64,000 bases of DNA from Convolutriloba macropyga (lineage: Eukaryota): assembly GCF_964194025.1 (NCBI RefSeq), contig NC_134475.1, positions 44,144,001 through 44,208,000 of the forward strand. The letters are read 5' to 3'. Made by a program: the position numbers and the translations under genes. Each line of letters starts with the position of its first letter. Positions within the stretch are counted from its first letter, which is position 1. Positions 20,218 to 34,769 of the stretch are shown here, one piece after another. Under the pieces are notes generated by a model that was given only the letters and a program-made list of their open reading frames with translations, did not search any database and was not told the origin of the DNA.

Positions 20218-20706
20218 CAGCATGTCCAGTACATTTTTCATCAACTTCGGATGCGATTCTAGAACATTCGGTGATTGCATTCCTCGAAAGGCCATTAAAA
20301 CAGCGGAATACAGCGCTTCGCTTGGAGACACTCGATTGGTCGACACATACTTGATCGCCTCAGTCAACTTCAAAACCAACTGAACTTCATCGTGAGCGCC
20401 ATTAAGCTTAACAATTTGCATCGCCAGCTTTCCCGCCTCAGATTCTGAGAGTTTGGAAGCTTTCGAATCGCCACCGTCACTTCCCAATGAAGCAAAAGCT
20501 GCAGAGTGATCACGCTTTCTAATTGACCCATCATCGCCAGATCCCTGTTCGCCGCTTCGCTTGGATCCAGTTGCCGAAGACGATGAGCAACTCGAACTAG
20601 TGGAGGCCTGCTGGGTACTGCCGGCGCCAAGAGCAATGAATGAGCTGTTATTGTGTGGACCCGGAACCCCAATACGGTTTCGCCCTCGTTTGGACAAATG
20701 GCTCAT
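20218..20706 (-). CDS. INTS1: Integrator complex subunit 1, coding exon 1 (163 codons)
   Basis: MSHLSKRGR...FIALG N-terminal motif. The GTACGT donor at 20217 is phase 0 and joins NVLDML to RDSSWN, comparable to LLRRDAS in vertebrate INTS1 (recalled from memory). Confidence 0.85.
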
Positions 20707-21186
20707 ATACAATTTCTGAAATGTTCTTGCTCTAGTCAAGTGAACTCTTGTGAACTCTAAAACTCTTATGAACCTATAAGTCTTATTTTGATCAGACAGG
20801 TTTTGGTTGAAGCTTTGATTTTTACGGTGAGCACAAAACAACGGCTTGATATCCTAATTAACTTTGGCCGATTTATCGTCATTCCTTTCTTCTACAAAAG
20901 ATCCCACAATCCTCAACAATCTCATCTGACAAACTAATAATGTCTGAACAATAAACTAATTTAGTAGCTAATATCAAGAATTCACAAAATAGCTAGGGTA
21001 CTGCCAGTTTGATCAGATGTATTGCCCAGCATAATAATTCACGTCTCGGACGTTTTTTGAGTGCTCTCTTCATATACATTTTCCTCCTTTTCCGAGTGAT
21101 TTGATCCCGTCGGCTCTCCATCTAGCTTGACAGAATTGTTCTTTCTTTTTTCGTCCGCCTAAACAAATTTTGTCCTACAATTAAAA

Positions 21187-21506
21187 TACATAAACCGACT
21201 GACGTTGGACGGATGACTTGATTTGGAACGACATGCGGGGCAGTTTACTTTAGAGGGGGTGTAGCTTAGAAACGTTTAATGGGTAAGAACAACCATACAG
21301 GGGTTCGAACTACGTATCTCCATGTCCGTACCAGTCTGAAATTTTAACCCCTCAGTTACAATGACTTGCTTTTAATTTGATTTCGGAACTTGATTTCAGA
21401 ACGAGAGCAACTTATATCACTCAAAAAGCGCAAAAAAGGCCAACAAAAAATTTTGCATAAAAAAGACGTTTACAACAATTGCTTCAAACTTCGTTCGAGA
21501 GCAATT
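21187..21506 (-). mobile_element. HINE-like element, family 1
   Basis: ACCGACTGACGTTGG start; AATTGCTTCAAACTTCGTTCGAGAGCAATT end. Confidence 0.65.
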
Positions 21507-22669
21507 AAGAAGGCTAAATAGTGCTGTTCTGTCGCACAAGAGATCCTATCCAAACAATCCACAACCTTGCATCAAATTTCAGAACAACAAAAATAATACA
21601 AAAGTCAGGCGTTATAATGGCAGCGGTCAACATCGGGAGATAAAATGTTTACATCAAATTCCATTACTGTCTCACATTACGTAAAAAAACTTTAGTTTCC
21701 GACCAGTAGTTTAAGGAAAGAAACTTCCTCTTTACAATTGCATCAATCAAGATAATTTTCGAGAAACATTAAAAATACCTTTTGAAAGTCCCATCTGCAA
21801 AAAAGAGACCTGAAATTAAGTGAAAACTATTGAACAATTTCAGTAAATCGAATATTTACAAAACGTTGGGAGACACCTTCTTAAACAAGTAAACTAATTT
21901 CCTCAAAAGACAAAAATCTCAATAAAATACATTTTGGGTTTTAAAAACAAATCTCAAACAGATGCGATTTCAATTTTGATTTAAATCGTTCAAAACCAAT
22001 ACAATACATATAAGGAGACGGAAGCCATATTTGTTGATTTTTCAAACATAGCCGGCAGATTGCCGGAATAGCTGCGAAAGAATAGACCTGCGTGCCATAT
22101 AATAGAGATAGAAACCGATACAGATCAAAATTGAAAAAAAATCGACGCCGCTCAAAAAACAAGGCTAAAAAACATTCAGCGATAAATTAATAAAGCTTGT
22201 TAAAATTCATTCCGCAGAAGCCTCTTATTAGGGACCTTTACAGCACGTACGAGTTCCTTTGACCTGAAATAAATTCAAATTAAACTTAAGTTTTAAAGTG
22301 CAAAAGTCATTTTATTGAGTGAGGTAAGTCAAGTATGATCAAAATCTAATCACGCAAATAACCTAAAAACTTTCGCTAAAGCGAGTGAGAAATGACGTCA
22401 CGCGCGCAAATGCCGTTAGTGAGAGGAAGAAGTCATTCAGAAAATTTGACTTTTCAGCTTTGCTGTGTGAACAAATGTAAAACGAAAAAAGTGCTCAGAC
22501 GACGAAACAAAAAGAAAACCAAGAGCACCGCAATATAGCTACGCTCAGCTTACAGCTTCGCAGCTAGGAAAATTCAATTCTTTATCACTTAAAATACTTC
22601 CAAGTAAGCTGAAAGAATTCTTGAATGCACTAATAATGTCATTCTTTTCTAGCTAATAACAGTGGCTAA

Positions 22670-22745
22670 TAATATAAACCATGGCGTTCCTTGGGGAAGA
22701 GTTTTAGAACGCCTCGCTTTTATCTTATATGTCAATGACTTCAAC
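22670..22745 (+). pseudogene. Tiny LINE reverse transcriptase relic
   Basis: Translates as HGVPWGRVLERLAFILYVND, a decayed GVPQGSVLGPLLFxxYxND. Confidence 0.55.
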
Positions 22746-22812
22746 GAAAAAGTAAAATTTCAACAACACGCAGTTTTCTGATTATACAAGTTTTTATTGT
22801 AAGATAACCAGC

Positions 22813-22955
22813 CGTTTTTCGAATAGTTCCAGTACATTGTTCAACTCGATTTTCTCATTGTTTTCAGTTCGGGTACTATTTTTTTTTATTTCAGTACAGT
22901 TTTCAACACACGAGAAAACTGAGTTGAAAACTGTGCTGGAACTATTCGAAAAACG
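22813..22955. mobile_element. Palindromic MITE-like element
   Basis: cgtttttcgaatagttccag / ctggaactattcgaaaaacg 20-bp perfect inverted repeat, extending imperfectly inward. Confidence 0.65.
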
Positions 22956-24563
22956 TACGGTCATTTTATTTAAAAAAACGTATCTAATTTGCTTCTCCAG
23001 ACAAGATAAAAATTTCGCAAAAAAATTGATTGATCACAAGATAGTTTTGTGCAATCAATAATTTGAATGAGCATCATAAAGTTAGAGAAAATATTTTTTA
23101 GCAAGATTAGGCAACGGTAAAATTCATCTGGATGAAAAAGTTCATTCATTCGAATGGAGGTTTAATAAAAAAACGTTTTTACGTATGATAGCTTACAGAA
23201 CCTTTAAGTTTTGATTTTAAATATCAACAAACATAATAAATTTATATATATGAAGCTTTGAACCCCAGGGTTATAAAATTAATTTACCCGCTAAAATGTC
23301 AATTCAGTCCAGACTAAAGTTTTTCAGCTAACTACAACACAGGTATTTATTTAAGCGGGTTTCATATATAATGAGTTTACATTACGTGCCTGTCAGCATA
23401 TTAAAGACTAAGTTTCAGTTACATAAAAATTAAGAACTGCTCTAAAATTTGAAAGTAGCTTTACATTAGAAGACCTAATTCTTGGCATGATAGGCTCCTT
23501 GGACAAAAACCGCAAAAAAATTGAAAATAAATGATTCTTAGATGATATTAGTACGTATGGAAACATTCAGACCCATAGATTTAATTTTTTTCAATAGAAA
23601 AATTTTACGGCTAGCAAGCCGGTTTTTCAATAGTAAAACGGTGTATGACGTGTACTACTTTTGGATCCATTGTTTCAACCCTACGGTGCTTTATGCACCC
23701 CACTTACTTGTTTTGCTATATAGCACCTTATTCTGTAAAACAAATAGCACGTGCTCGACCGGAGGCGTGAGTTATATGCCCACTAAGGTGGGGGGTAGCT
23801 CTATCAGAACCCAACCACCATCCACATTATCACACCAATAGATAGATGGTCAATATTTAGAAAGCCCGGCGGCGGCAAGTCAACTCCTAAATACATTTAT
23901 AAACCGTGACAGTAGTAAAAATTAAAGCATCAAAAGCGAGAAAGATGAACATCAGAATTACGAACAAAATATATATGAGAATCAGAAATCACTATAAGAT
24001 GTGATTTTGAATCAATATTTCAAATAAATTTAAGACATCTAGGACAACAGCCGCCGTTCTTCTACAATGGTTCTTATGATGCTTCTACTGTAGGGTGCCG
24101 CCGCATGGAGCGTGCGCTACAGAGTCAGCGTATGGAGCTACGCAAGAGAGCGAAACTTATTTTTGTTCTTATGTAAGTGATCACGTCCAAATACGAAGCC
24201 TCTTATCGCTAATCATGGTAACCTATCTCTGTATGGCTTTCGATGCGGAAGGACCAGCTCCCGCTGAACTGGCGATGAACGGAGAAGATTATCACACCAG
24301 TAACAGAAAAACGAACGCACTAACATCCGACAAATTTCTCTCAAAAAAACAGAGGGGCATGGCATTGTTAGGGAGATTTGGAATCAAACTTTCAGAACCG
24401 TCAAACTTGAATTGTTCATTTCTCACCAACAGTTTCAAAGAATCGCAAACTTATCGTTGATCACTAGTAAGTCTCGAAAACAAGTGCTCAGCAACTTAAT
24501 TCTCCGGGCTTCACCAGTTCATCCCGTTTCTCAAGACAGAAAAGTATGCCACAAATTTAGCCT

Positions 24564-25170
24564 TCAGTCGAAAAAATTATCAGACAAAAATCAGATGTAC
24601 GAAAATTGCATCAGGCAACAGGACTACTGCATTTCAAACCCCGTTCCTCCACCCCAGCAGCTTCGGTGATCCTTACACTTTTAAAAGAGCCTACAAAAGG
24701 TCAGAGACAGCGACTTAGAGATTAAATGATCTCGAACACTTTGAGTCAATGCCATTTCTCATGGCCACTAAATAATCAGACCAGTGAAAAAAACATTCGA
24801 AAAAACTACTACAAAAACTTCCTCAATCTTTTTTCGAAAGCAATTCAAAAGAGCTGAAATATGCCAGCAAAGCAGTCAGAATTCCGTAAAATAGCAGCCG
24901 TTCACGCCACTAAGCAATGTTGGGATTGAAGTAGTTAGAGAAAAAAACAGACGACAGGCTAATTTTATCTAAATGTCAAGAGTGTCATTATTTGGTTCCC
25001 TAAATAAGGTGAATTCAGCCAGGCTCTAAAAAATAAGACAAAAACAAAACACGATCATTAGTTAGTTTCAGTCGAAAAAATTATCAGACAAAAATCGGAT
25101 GTACGAAAATTGCATCAGGCAGCAGGACTACTGCACTTCAAACCCCGTTCCTCCGCCCCAGCAGCTTCGG
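24564..25170 (+). repeat. ~105-bp direct repeat pair (~24564-24667, ~25068-25170)
   Basis: tcagtcgaaaaaattatcagacaaaaatc...ccccagcagcttcgg occurs twice with few substitutions. Confidence 0.85.
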
Positions 25171-27504
25171 AGATCTCGCAGTATACTTAAGGAGATCTGG
25201 CACCCTAATGCACTACGTAAAGTCTTTAAAAATCAAATCTTAGTGCCAGGACTTCACAAAAAAACTAATTAAAAAACTATAGCCAGACAAGTCCCGAAAT
25301 ACAGTCGCGAAAAACCAATGAAAACCTTAAAAGCCACCTAAGTGATCAGCACGTCAAATGATTATTACGAAACAAACAGACAAACATCATTTAAAAATGA
25401 AAAATTAGGAAAAAAATACTGAAGTTTCGCTAATACTTCGTGATGTCAATGTCACTAAAACGAAGTTGTAATTGTAATATTTACACATGAAGACAGGATC
25501 AAGTTCAAAAAAATGTTTCATTGGCTATTTTAGCAAGACATTCGAAAATCTCTAAGAAAATTTAAAAACTACAAAAAAGATGGCTAATTGTTTTCAATAA
25601 TTTTTTACTTATTTCTTCAAATTTCAAAACTTACTTTACCTTGCTAAAAGTTACAGAAAAACTAATTGACAGGCTAGCAAAAATCTGTTTGCACACATGA
25701 GACAAATAGAGGTAGGAACGGGAAAGTTTAAAAATGGATGAGCCAAAAAATGCAAATAACTTGCTGAAGCTCGTAGAAACCATGACATCAAAACCAAATC
25801 TATGCCTCGAAAAGCTTCATTGGACCTTCAAGATGGAAAAACTCTAAAACAACAGTGAAAAGTCGATAAACATATCATTTTTTCAAAATCATTTTGCGGT
25901 CGCTTCAACAAACTATCCAATAACTTATCTTCAACCCACAAAATTGGCCCCTTTAAGATAACATTGAAAACAATTTTAAAAAAACTGAAAAATATCCAAA
26001 AACTTTTAAATCTAGGTTTGCATCACCAACAAATGAGCCTCAAAAAAACGTATGAAAAGCATTTCTATTTTGCACAACAGTACTATGAACTACCTCTGTA
26101 GCAAAAAAGCCCCCTTCAGGAAAACTCAAATCACAGCCAAACCAGAAAATGTATAACTATCTTGTGTCCAAAAACTTCAAAAACTGATCTTAAATTAGGC
26201 ATTCCTCTTTACTTCAGTATACTAAGCAAGAAAATGATTACTTGCGTCAAGTGAGGGTCTCTAGAGATTACTTGCGTCTCTATTGGAACTTGATGCCCGT
26301 CGAGCTTTACCTGCTTATCCCGGTAGGCTAAAAAAGGACAAAACAACTCGCTCCACTAATAGTGAACAATGACGTCACGCACGCCAACCAGTCGAATGGG
26401 CACGGGTGAACGAATAAAAAGCAGTTTTGAAGTGATCGTGACATCACGTCATATGGTCGTAACAAAAACTTTGGCAAAATAAAAACATAGTCGGAATTCC
26501 GAAAGCGAATCGAAACGTCGAGACTTGCCGAAAAACCATAATACACGAAGAAAAACACCCATATAAATGAAGTACTTAATAAAAGTAATCACTGAGAGTA
26601 AAAAACCATAACTTTTGTTGAGAGACAATCTCATTTTTCTACCTCGCAAAAAATCTGGCTGACAAAAATAATTTATGCCTCAAACTTCATGTCAAGAGGA
26701 AGCTCAGCATTGAAATCATTGGAACAAATACAAAAATAAAAACTACAGTCATTCAGACACCACACGACAATCACAAAGGGAACTAAATCTTTAAAGCAAA
26801 AAGTAAACCACTAAAAATTCGGAGAAAACTCAATGTAATACTTTGAAACGGAAACTACTCTATAGTTCGAAATATACTATATATTTACATTGCAAAATAG
26901 AAAAAGTTTTCAAAAACTAACCAGCTAAAAAGGCTCACCGGTGTAATAGTTCTCCAAAAGGCCGTTGCCAAAAAATGAGATCTCCGTTGTACTCTATTAT
27001 TTGATCTAGAGGACAATAGGAAAGCATGAGGCACCTATTACACGAAAATGAACTGATTTTTAAAGAGTCCAAACAGCAAATAAAAAAAACATACAATCAA
27101 TAATTAATAATTTCTCGGTTCTGGCATCAAAGCATTTTAAAATTTTGACTGATATTTCTCTCCCTATTGGAGACAACTTCGATGAAAAGAATTTAAACTA
27201 TTGCAGAAATTAAACTTATCAGAAAAAGACGAACGACACAGACTAAAAAGGAAACAGATTGTGGACCCAAGACTACGCAATAATAAACCAATAAAAATAA
27301 TTAAGAGAACACCAAGACTAAGGAACACAAAGACTAATGTAATGAAAGGCCATTAATATTTAAAATGATAGCAAAAGTCCATTCAAAGATACAAAAGGAC
27401 AGAATTCTGAACACAGTAAAAATAAGTTAAAAATATGATCCTATTTTGCCCTTCAAACTCATTATTGGAGTCTCAAAACCCCTACTGTATTAACTGCTGT
27501 GGTT

Positions 27505-27824
27505 AACATATATCCGAACAACGTCGGAAGAACTGCTCTTGAAACACTAGTGCGATCTCTAATCAATCACAGCCTACTTCAGTCGGGGGGTACGCCTAGG
27601 GGACTAAGTAGTACACTAGGAGGCTTTAAATGACATCATTAGAGATGAACATATAACACCATTAAAAAAATATACCGCCGCCTAAAATTGTTGATCAGAG
27701 GAACTTAGATCACGCAAAAACTCAAGGGCGTAAAAGTCACTTGAAAAGTCAGAACGCTCAAGCAAAAATTTTGAGTAAAAGATAAGTTTACAATGATTGC
27801 TTAAAACTTCAATCGAGAGCAATT
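27505..27824 (-). mobile_element. HINE-like element, family 1
   Basis: Homologous throughout to 9312-9636, with the same termini. Confidence 0.7.
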
Positions 27825-28409
27825 AATAATATAGCTTTTATTGAAACAAATTTAAACTTTCTTCCAACAAGCAAAAACAAATGAGCCAAATTGACCAACA
27901 ACGGCTAAAAACGGTCAGCTATATGCATCATTATTCAAAGTCAAACAATCCTTCATTCAACGGAGCGCATGAAAAAAAATTTTCTTGCTCAGCAAAAAAT
28001 AGTTCACTTAGCAATTTCTCACTTTCGATCTTCGGTCAAAACGCCGTCTGAACAAATAGTAGTTCGTGTGAAAAAAAAATGCCGGAAGGATTCCGGAAGC
28101 AACTCGAAGCTTCGCAAAAAAACAGTTCAAAATGATCAAATAATCTGAACATAATAATTTGCCATTTTATGAAAAACACTTTTGTGGATTTTCAAATACT
28201 GAACTCCAAAAAAATCATTTAATAAAAACACGAGATTAAAAACCACAACGTGCGCAAAAAAGACTTTCTAATAAGTAAAACCAAAATACAAACAAAAATA
28301 AAAAAGTTGGACAACAGCAAAAATCGAATTAGCATGTGCACACTTTTATAGAAAAACCTCATGTTAAGAAATGTCAATCAGCGCAAGAATTATCAAGAGA
28401 AAGTTGCCA

Positions 28410-28793
28410 TATACAATAACGGAAGAATTGCTCTCGAACAACTAGTGTGAGCTCGCATCTATTGCAGCCTGTTTCAGTCAAGAGGGGACTATATTCACTA
28501 AGAGGGCTTCAAATGACGTCATTGGAAGTCATTATATACCAGTTAATAAAATTTGAAGTGAAATAGTGACACCAATTTTGCCGCACTTTTCATTTGACAT
28601 TTAGTAGTGAACTTCCGCCAATTGAATTTAACTGCTAAAAATTCTGAATGAGAGCGAAAATTTAATCACGCAAAAAAAACAAAGTCAAAAGCTCAAAAGT
28701 CACTCCAAAGTCAAAACGGTCCAGCACAAAATTTGCATAAAAACAGACCTACACGTTAACAATAATTGCTTCACACTACGTTCGAGAGCAATT
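28410..28793 (-). mobile_element. HINE-like element, family 1
   Basis: AATTGCTCTCGAAC ... GTTCGAGAGCAATT subterminal inverted repeats. Confidence 0.7.
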
Positions 28794-29580
28794 AAAAAGC
28801 CAAATTTAACAAAAAATTAAGAAATATGTTCCCATTTTGCACTTGAAACGAATTATTAGGCTAAAATCACTCTGGTATCAATTACAGAAGGTTACATATT
28901 AATGAAGCAAATCTAAATCACAAGCAAAAATTTAGGGAAAATGGACAAAAAACGGGAAAAAATGCTTGCCTATATGCGCCGTTCTCTCAAAAACACTTTT
29001 CAAAGGTTGAAAAAAACTGGCTAATCACAATGTGTCTTCGAATTTTAAACTTGAGAGCGGAAGCCCGTCCTCGATCGATAGATTTCAAAATTTAGTTATG
29101 CCAATTTTGCAAGAGTTGTCTTTTTCTGTACATCGAATTTTTTACTGAACAAAAAAAAACTGTGCCCATCTTTGTACTCTAATAATTAAGGGAGTACTTA
29201 ACAGCAAAAAATTATATGGAGCTAATTAATGTTGCAATAGAATAATTGCTTAAGTAAGATTTGTACTATTTTCAATCTCAGATATAAGCGTACAATTGTA
29301 AAAAAACTGCGGTATATCAAGAGCAGCAGCATATGACAGCTTTTGACATGTCTCCACTGCCATGTCTTTTTTGTTGTAAACACTTCGTGAGGATCAATTC
29401 AATGGGTTTTTTTTCAACTGCTTTCAAAAAGGGAAAGGGATCAGAACATGCCAAAGTTTCACAGAAGTTGAATTTCTACTTCGTAAAAATAGAAGTCTTT
29501 GCTTATCTTTAGCCATTTTTGACGTTCAATATAATATAAGTGTTACAAGCTTTGCAAATTATGACAGTGAAAGCTAGTAT

Positions 29581-29791
29581 TTAGCTGGTGTTTACCTCTC
29601 TCTGCTTGGCAACAATTGCTAAGTGTTTAGCAATGAAGAGTGATAGGATTGAGACAGAGATGAGGAGGAAACCGCTGAAGTGGAACAAGTTGAAATCCGG
29701 CAACTTCCCATAGACAATCAAGTCACCAATTGGCATGAATAGCACCTGAATCGTCACCAGAATTAACATGGATGCCTTCTCGTATTTCAGA
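29581..29791 (-). CDS. SLC35G/EamA (DMT) family transporter-like, last coding exon
   Basis: TTTCAG acceptor, phase 2; LKYEKASMLILVTIQVLF...FSGFLLISVSIL; stop at 29581. Confidence 0.7.
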
Positions 29792-31636
29792 CTGAAACAA
29801 ACGAGGAAAATTTGCTACTCTTCGTTTTCCTGAAAGTCAACAGCACAAAACTGGAGACGCTTTGTACTTAAATATAAGCAGCAAACTCACGTTGTATTTC
29901 TAACCTCAAAAAAATACGGATTCTTAGAAAAATATTTAAAATTGAATCAAAATATAATTTTTAACTCATCATTTGCAAAGTGTCTAGTATTCAAAAAGTT
30001 ATAGAACAATCTCAAAAAAATATCAATAAAAATAGGAGTAGATGACTAAACACTGCATTTTAAAACAGATAACAGATTCAACATAAAAGGTAGAGATAAC
30101 CAGAATTTTAGAAGCGCAATAGCGTCAATTATTTTAATTTTTTGGGCCAATTCTGCTTCGCCGTTTGTTACCCTCCATTAAAAATTGCGCTTTTAAGCAA
30201 AAGATTCTAATAAATTATTACAAACGTGAATGGTGTGGTGCGAAGGGAAACTCGAATTGGAATCTTATGCAAATAAAAACTACGAAATATATAAAACTGA
30301 ACTGCTAGTTCGTCCATTTGTTTCTATAAAGCCCGCAGATTGAATGGTAGAAGAATCCAAAAAAATGTGAAAGGTTTTGCCATCAAAGGTAGTTATGTTT
30401 TCACTCAGCCAAATTGACCGCAACTATTTACTTTTTCAAAACTAATTACCCGCAAAAAAGTAGTTTTCAAATGACTGAACAAGCCGAAAAATATACCCAG
30501 ATAATCCACAAATAGGCCTCTGATAGGTTTGCCAAAAAATTCTAATATCGTTCATCAAATGTGGAAAAATGCACTTTTTTTGCAAATGTCACCTCACAAA
30601 CACATCAACAGAAGCTCAATTGCTTCGAGAAAACCCGGTAAAAACGTGAAAAATATGGAAAATTTTTTTATAACTTGAATTTTGTCAGCTCGTCACATCA
30701 GCAAAGTACAATGTATTGTATGTTTATAAACTTTAACTTAAAAAAAAGACTTACAAACATAAAAAATTGATGAAAGCACAGCTATATTGGAAATTCACAC
30801 GAGGGAATTGTTGATACATCACCAAAAAATACTTCATATTATTTTTACCACGTAATCAGTAGGAACCAAACTTCTTTTAGTAAGCATTTAGTCATGTAGA
30901 CAGGGTAAAAAAATGTTTGCTGCTTGGAGGTAGAAAAGTAAGGCGAACAAAAATATCGCAAATTTCAAAAGTTTTCCATTTATGAACCTCCAAAACAGTT
31001 GAATTTAATTCTTGAAGTGATCACATCAAATGAAAAAAAAAACAAAAACTTGAAAATTATCATGATATCCTTTGCTAAAACATAACCCACAGATAGCCGG
31101 AAAATAGCCTCCATTGATTCCCATAACACCGATTGCAATTGAAAGAACAGAAAAAACAATAACAAAAACTGATGTTTGTAAAAAAATATTTTGAATTTGC
31201 GAACTATTTTCTATTGGATTTCGAAGTTATGTATACTCATTTAATAGAGGATGCATGGGGGTATTATCAATGCTAAAACGCATCAGAGATGTAAACTAAG
31301 AAATAAGAACAACAACCAAGTAGCGTGCATCTGTTCACTTTGGATAGCTTTGCGAGCAAGTGGTGTTTAAAACACTTTGAACACAATGAGCGAAGAATGA
31401 AACTAGACCATAGAAGTCAAAACTAAACGCAAAATGTCGAAAAAGCAGTGAACGATGATAAAGCTAAACAAATTTTTGTTCGACAAAGTAAAAAAAGCAT
31501 AGCAGGACAAGTCCTGAATTACAATCCAAAGAATTAAATGACAAACCTGAAAACTCATCAATTGACTAACAGAAAAATTGATACTAAAAACCGAAAACAA
31601 TTTTCACATTATTTGAAAGTTTTCAAAACAGAAATT

Positions 31637-32677
31637 GAATTGTGAACACTCTGGTTGTTAAAGTAACGGGAATCGATAAATAATATACAAAGTTGAAACC
31701 TGTAACGTTAATAACATCAGAAATTTATTTGAGTCATCAAAAAATATTCACGAAACCAAACTCAGCCTAAACACTTTCCTTGCTCCCTAAAAGAGAAAAG
31801 AACCTGAAAAAAGCTTCAAAATTCCAAACAAAAGAAATGATTAATTAAAAGTTGTCAAACTTCATGAAATCCAGATCGTCAAAATAATTTTTGTGTTGAT
31901 TAAAATGAACCCCTTAACTCATATTTGTGCCTTAAAATTGTTTCTTTGGCCAATAAAAACAATAACACTAGAAAAATGCCAATTTTCAAAACACGGGAAT
32001 AGTTAGTGAAGACAGCTTCTACTCTAGTGCTTAAGTTGGCATGAATAACAAAAACAATCCCAATATATTAGCATGAAAAGATATTTTGCATAGCAAAATA
32101 GCCCTATTAACTATAACTGATCTTTAAAACACGAATTTACAAAAATACTTAAAAAAAATGACAACCAATTTGAATTGTAAATACTCTGGTTGTTAAAGTA
32201 ACGAGAATCGATAATTAATTGACAGCGATGAAACTTGTAATGTTAATAACCTAAAAAAATTATCTGAGTCATCAAAAAACTATTCACACAAACAAATCTC
32301 AGTCTGAAAACTTTAGTTGGTCACTAAAAAAAGGAACCTGAGAAAATTTTCATAATTCCAAAAACAAGAAATAATCACTTAAAAGTTCACAATTTTCATG
32401 AAATCCAGATCGACAAAATAATTTTCGTGTTGATTAAAATCAACCCATTAACCCAGCTTTTATGCCTTAAAAACCTTTCTTTGGTCTATAAAAATGAAAA
32501 AACCCGAAAAATGCCACTTTTCAAAACAAGGAATAATTAGGGAAGACAGCTTTTACTCTAATGCTTAAGTTGGTATGAATAGTAAAAACAATCCCAATAC
32601 ATTTGCATTAAAAAGACATTTTGCTTAGCATAATAGCCATAAAAGCTATAACGAATCTTTAAGAAACGAATTTACAA
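31637..32677 (+). repeat. Diverged ~535-bp tandem duplication
   Basis: tgaattgt.aa.actctggttgttaaagtaacg at ~31637 and 32171; the two units are colinear. Confidence 0.85.
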
Positions 32678-33219
32678 AACATACCCGGCAGATTGCCGGA
32701 AATTAGCCGCCGTTGATTCCAATAAGCATGAATGGGATTGAAATAACAGAAGATATTGAAAAAAAAGATTTTTGTACAAAAACATTTTTTTAAGTCCGAT
32801 TTATTTTGATGGCATTTCGTAGTTGAACATACTTATGTTTCTTAGAGAGAGGCTACAGGGGCTACTATCAATAACAATAAGCATTCGAGAGAGGTAACTA
32901 ATACTTATAGGACCGACGTTCAAATAGCGGGCATCTAAAATTGGGCTTTATGGGTTTATCCCGTTTCTATTTCTGACTTCAATTTTTTATACTGACTCTG
33001 TTCATTTTGATTTGCTTTGCTGAGCAGCTGCTGTTTAAAAGGACTTTGAGCAGAATGAGAGAAGAGAGAAACTAGCCTAGAGAAGTCAAAAAGATTTCAC
33101 GCAAAATGTTGAAAAGGCGGCAAAATGAGGTAAAGCGAAACATTTTTTTATTCGACGAAGTAAAAAAAAAAAAATAGGAGCGCTATAATAGCCGGCTGAG
33201 AAGATGAGGGCGGCTATTA
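32678..33219 (-). mobile_element. HINE-like element, family 2
   Basis: Near-identical to 17941-18466; degenerate relatives near 22048, 24880 and 31080-31500. Confidence 0.75.
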
Positions 33220-34769
33220 AAAACATTAAAGAAAATTGACAACATCAAACGAAATATTGCTAATTTCAGTGATCAAAAACAACAAAAACTTTTGCCTTAG
33301 ATTTAGAGATTCCCAGCAACTTCAGTAAAATGACAAATCAACTCCGAAGTTGTCAAATTCAAAATTGCTTTGTTAAGCTATGACCGGCACCAATTTTTCT
33401 TTACTTTGAAAATACTTTTGAAATATAATACTAATGAGGACGACAATGTTATTGACTTGTGGTTCGACAGACAAATGCTAACTTTTGACTAAATTAAATT
33501 AGTCTCAAAGCGAAAAAGTTGAAGTCGTCACGGGAAACTATTAAAATTGAGGATCAAAATAAAAGCTATTCCTTAGTCCAAAAATTTTCTTCTAAGATAT
33601 AAATAGCAAAATTGCAGTAATCCAGCACATAAAAATCCATCATATGAATGTGCAGTTGATTAAAAAATTGGAAAATAAACGACATCTAAAGAATCAAACA
33701 CCCAAACAAATTAAGCCAAAGTTTTTGACATGATTAATACTGATTAAATCAAAATCAACTCATTTGCCAGCAAAAAAACTTTTTAACTATTTGCCCTCTA
33801 CCGAGAACCAATCTTGCAAAACGATTGGCCCCTTTTAGCGACCTCATAATCACTTGTTTTCGTATCATGCCATGCCATTGTTTTCATATCACGTCATCTA
33901 TGCCAATTCATTTGTCAAACTAATTTTCATCGATCACATTTCAAACGTGGAAATCAGACGTTTTTGGTCCAAACCCACTTAGTTTTATTGTTCCAACCTC
34001 AACTGGTTTTATCGTTCAGAGAACTTTTGCCCACCGCTATTTTACGTAGAAAGACTACTTTTATACGAAGACAATCTATGGCGCGTAGAATTATAAAACT
34101 AAAAAATATATCACATTACGTCTTTTTCGAGAGGTTATCCAGGTTTAAATTTTTGCGAATATTCGGCATTTTAGCGTAATTAGGTACAAATTTCGACAAA
34201 TTACAAATATTTGCCAAATTATTTTGATAAGAGCAACAAATTCGGGCTGCTAATAATCGCCCAACCCAATAGCGAGGATTATATTAGCTTCATCGGTGTT
34301 TATACAATAGAAAGTATTTGGATTACTTTGGGGAGCCATCTTTAAGATATCTTGATGTGTTTAACGCCAATTAGATGCAAAATTGAGGCAGTGAGTTCGA
34401 AGTAAAAGGAAGAAAGGAATGAATGGTTTCAAGGTATAAACATCGCTGAAATTGGTTTCAACGTGGAGAAGAGTAACCTTATTTCCAACAATTATCCGGC
34501 TTTTAGACACGTTTTTCACCCATTGCTCTTTTAAAACAGTTAGTGAAAATAGATAAAGTTTTCTTTCGACATTTATTTGTTTTAATGATTTTGACATTGG
34601 GATCACGTTAAATTTTGGCGAATGTTAGAGTCGTGTATTTTTTTCTTCGAATCTCTGAGGTCTGATCACTAAGTTTGATTAATGAGAGGACAATTGGGCT
34701 CTCTTAGTAGTCATAATTTCTGTAGCGCATTTTTAGTCAATAGTGTATTGTTTCTATGGCTCAGACACT

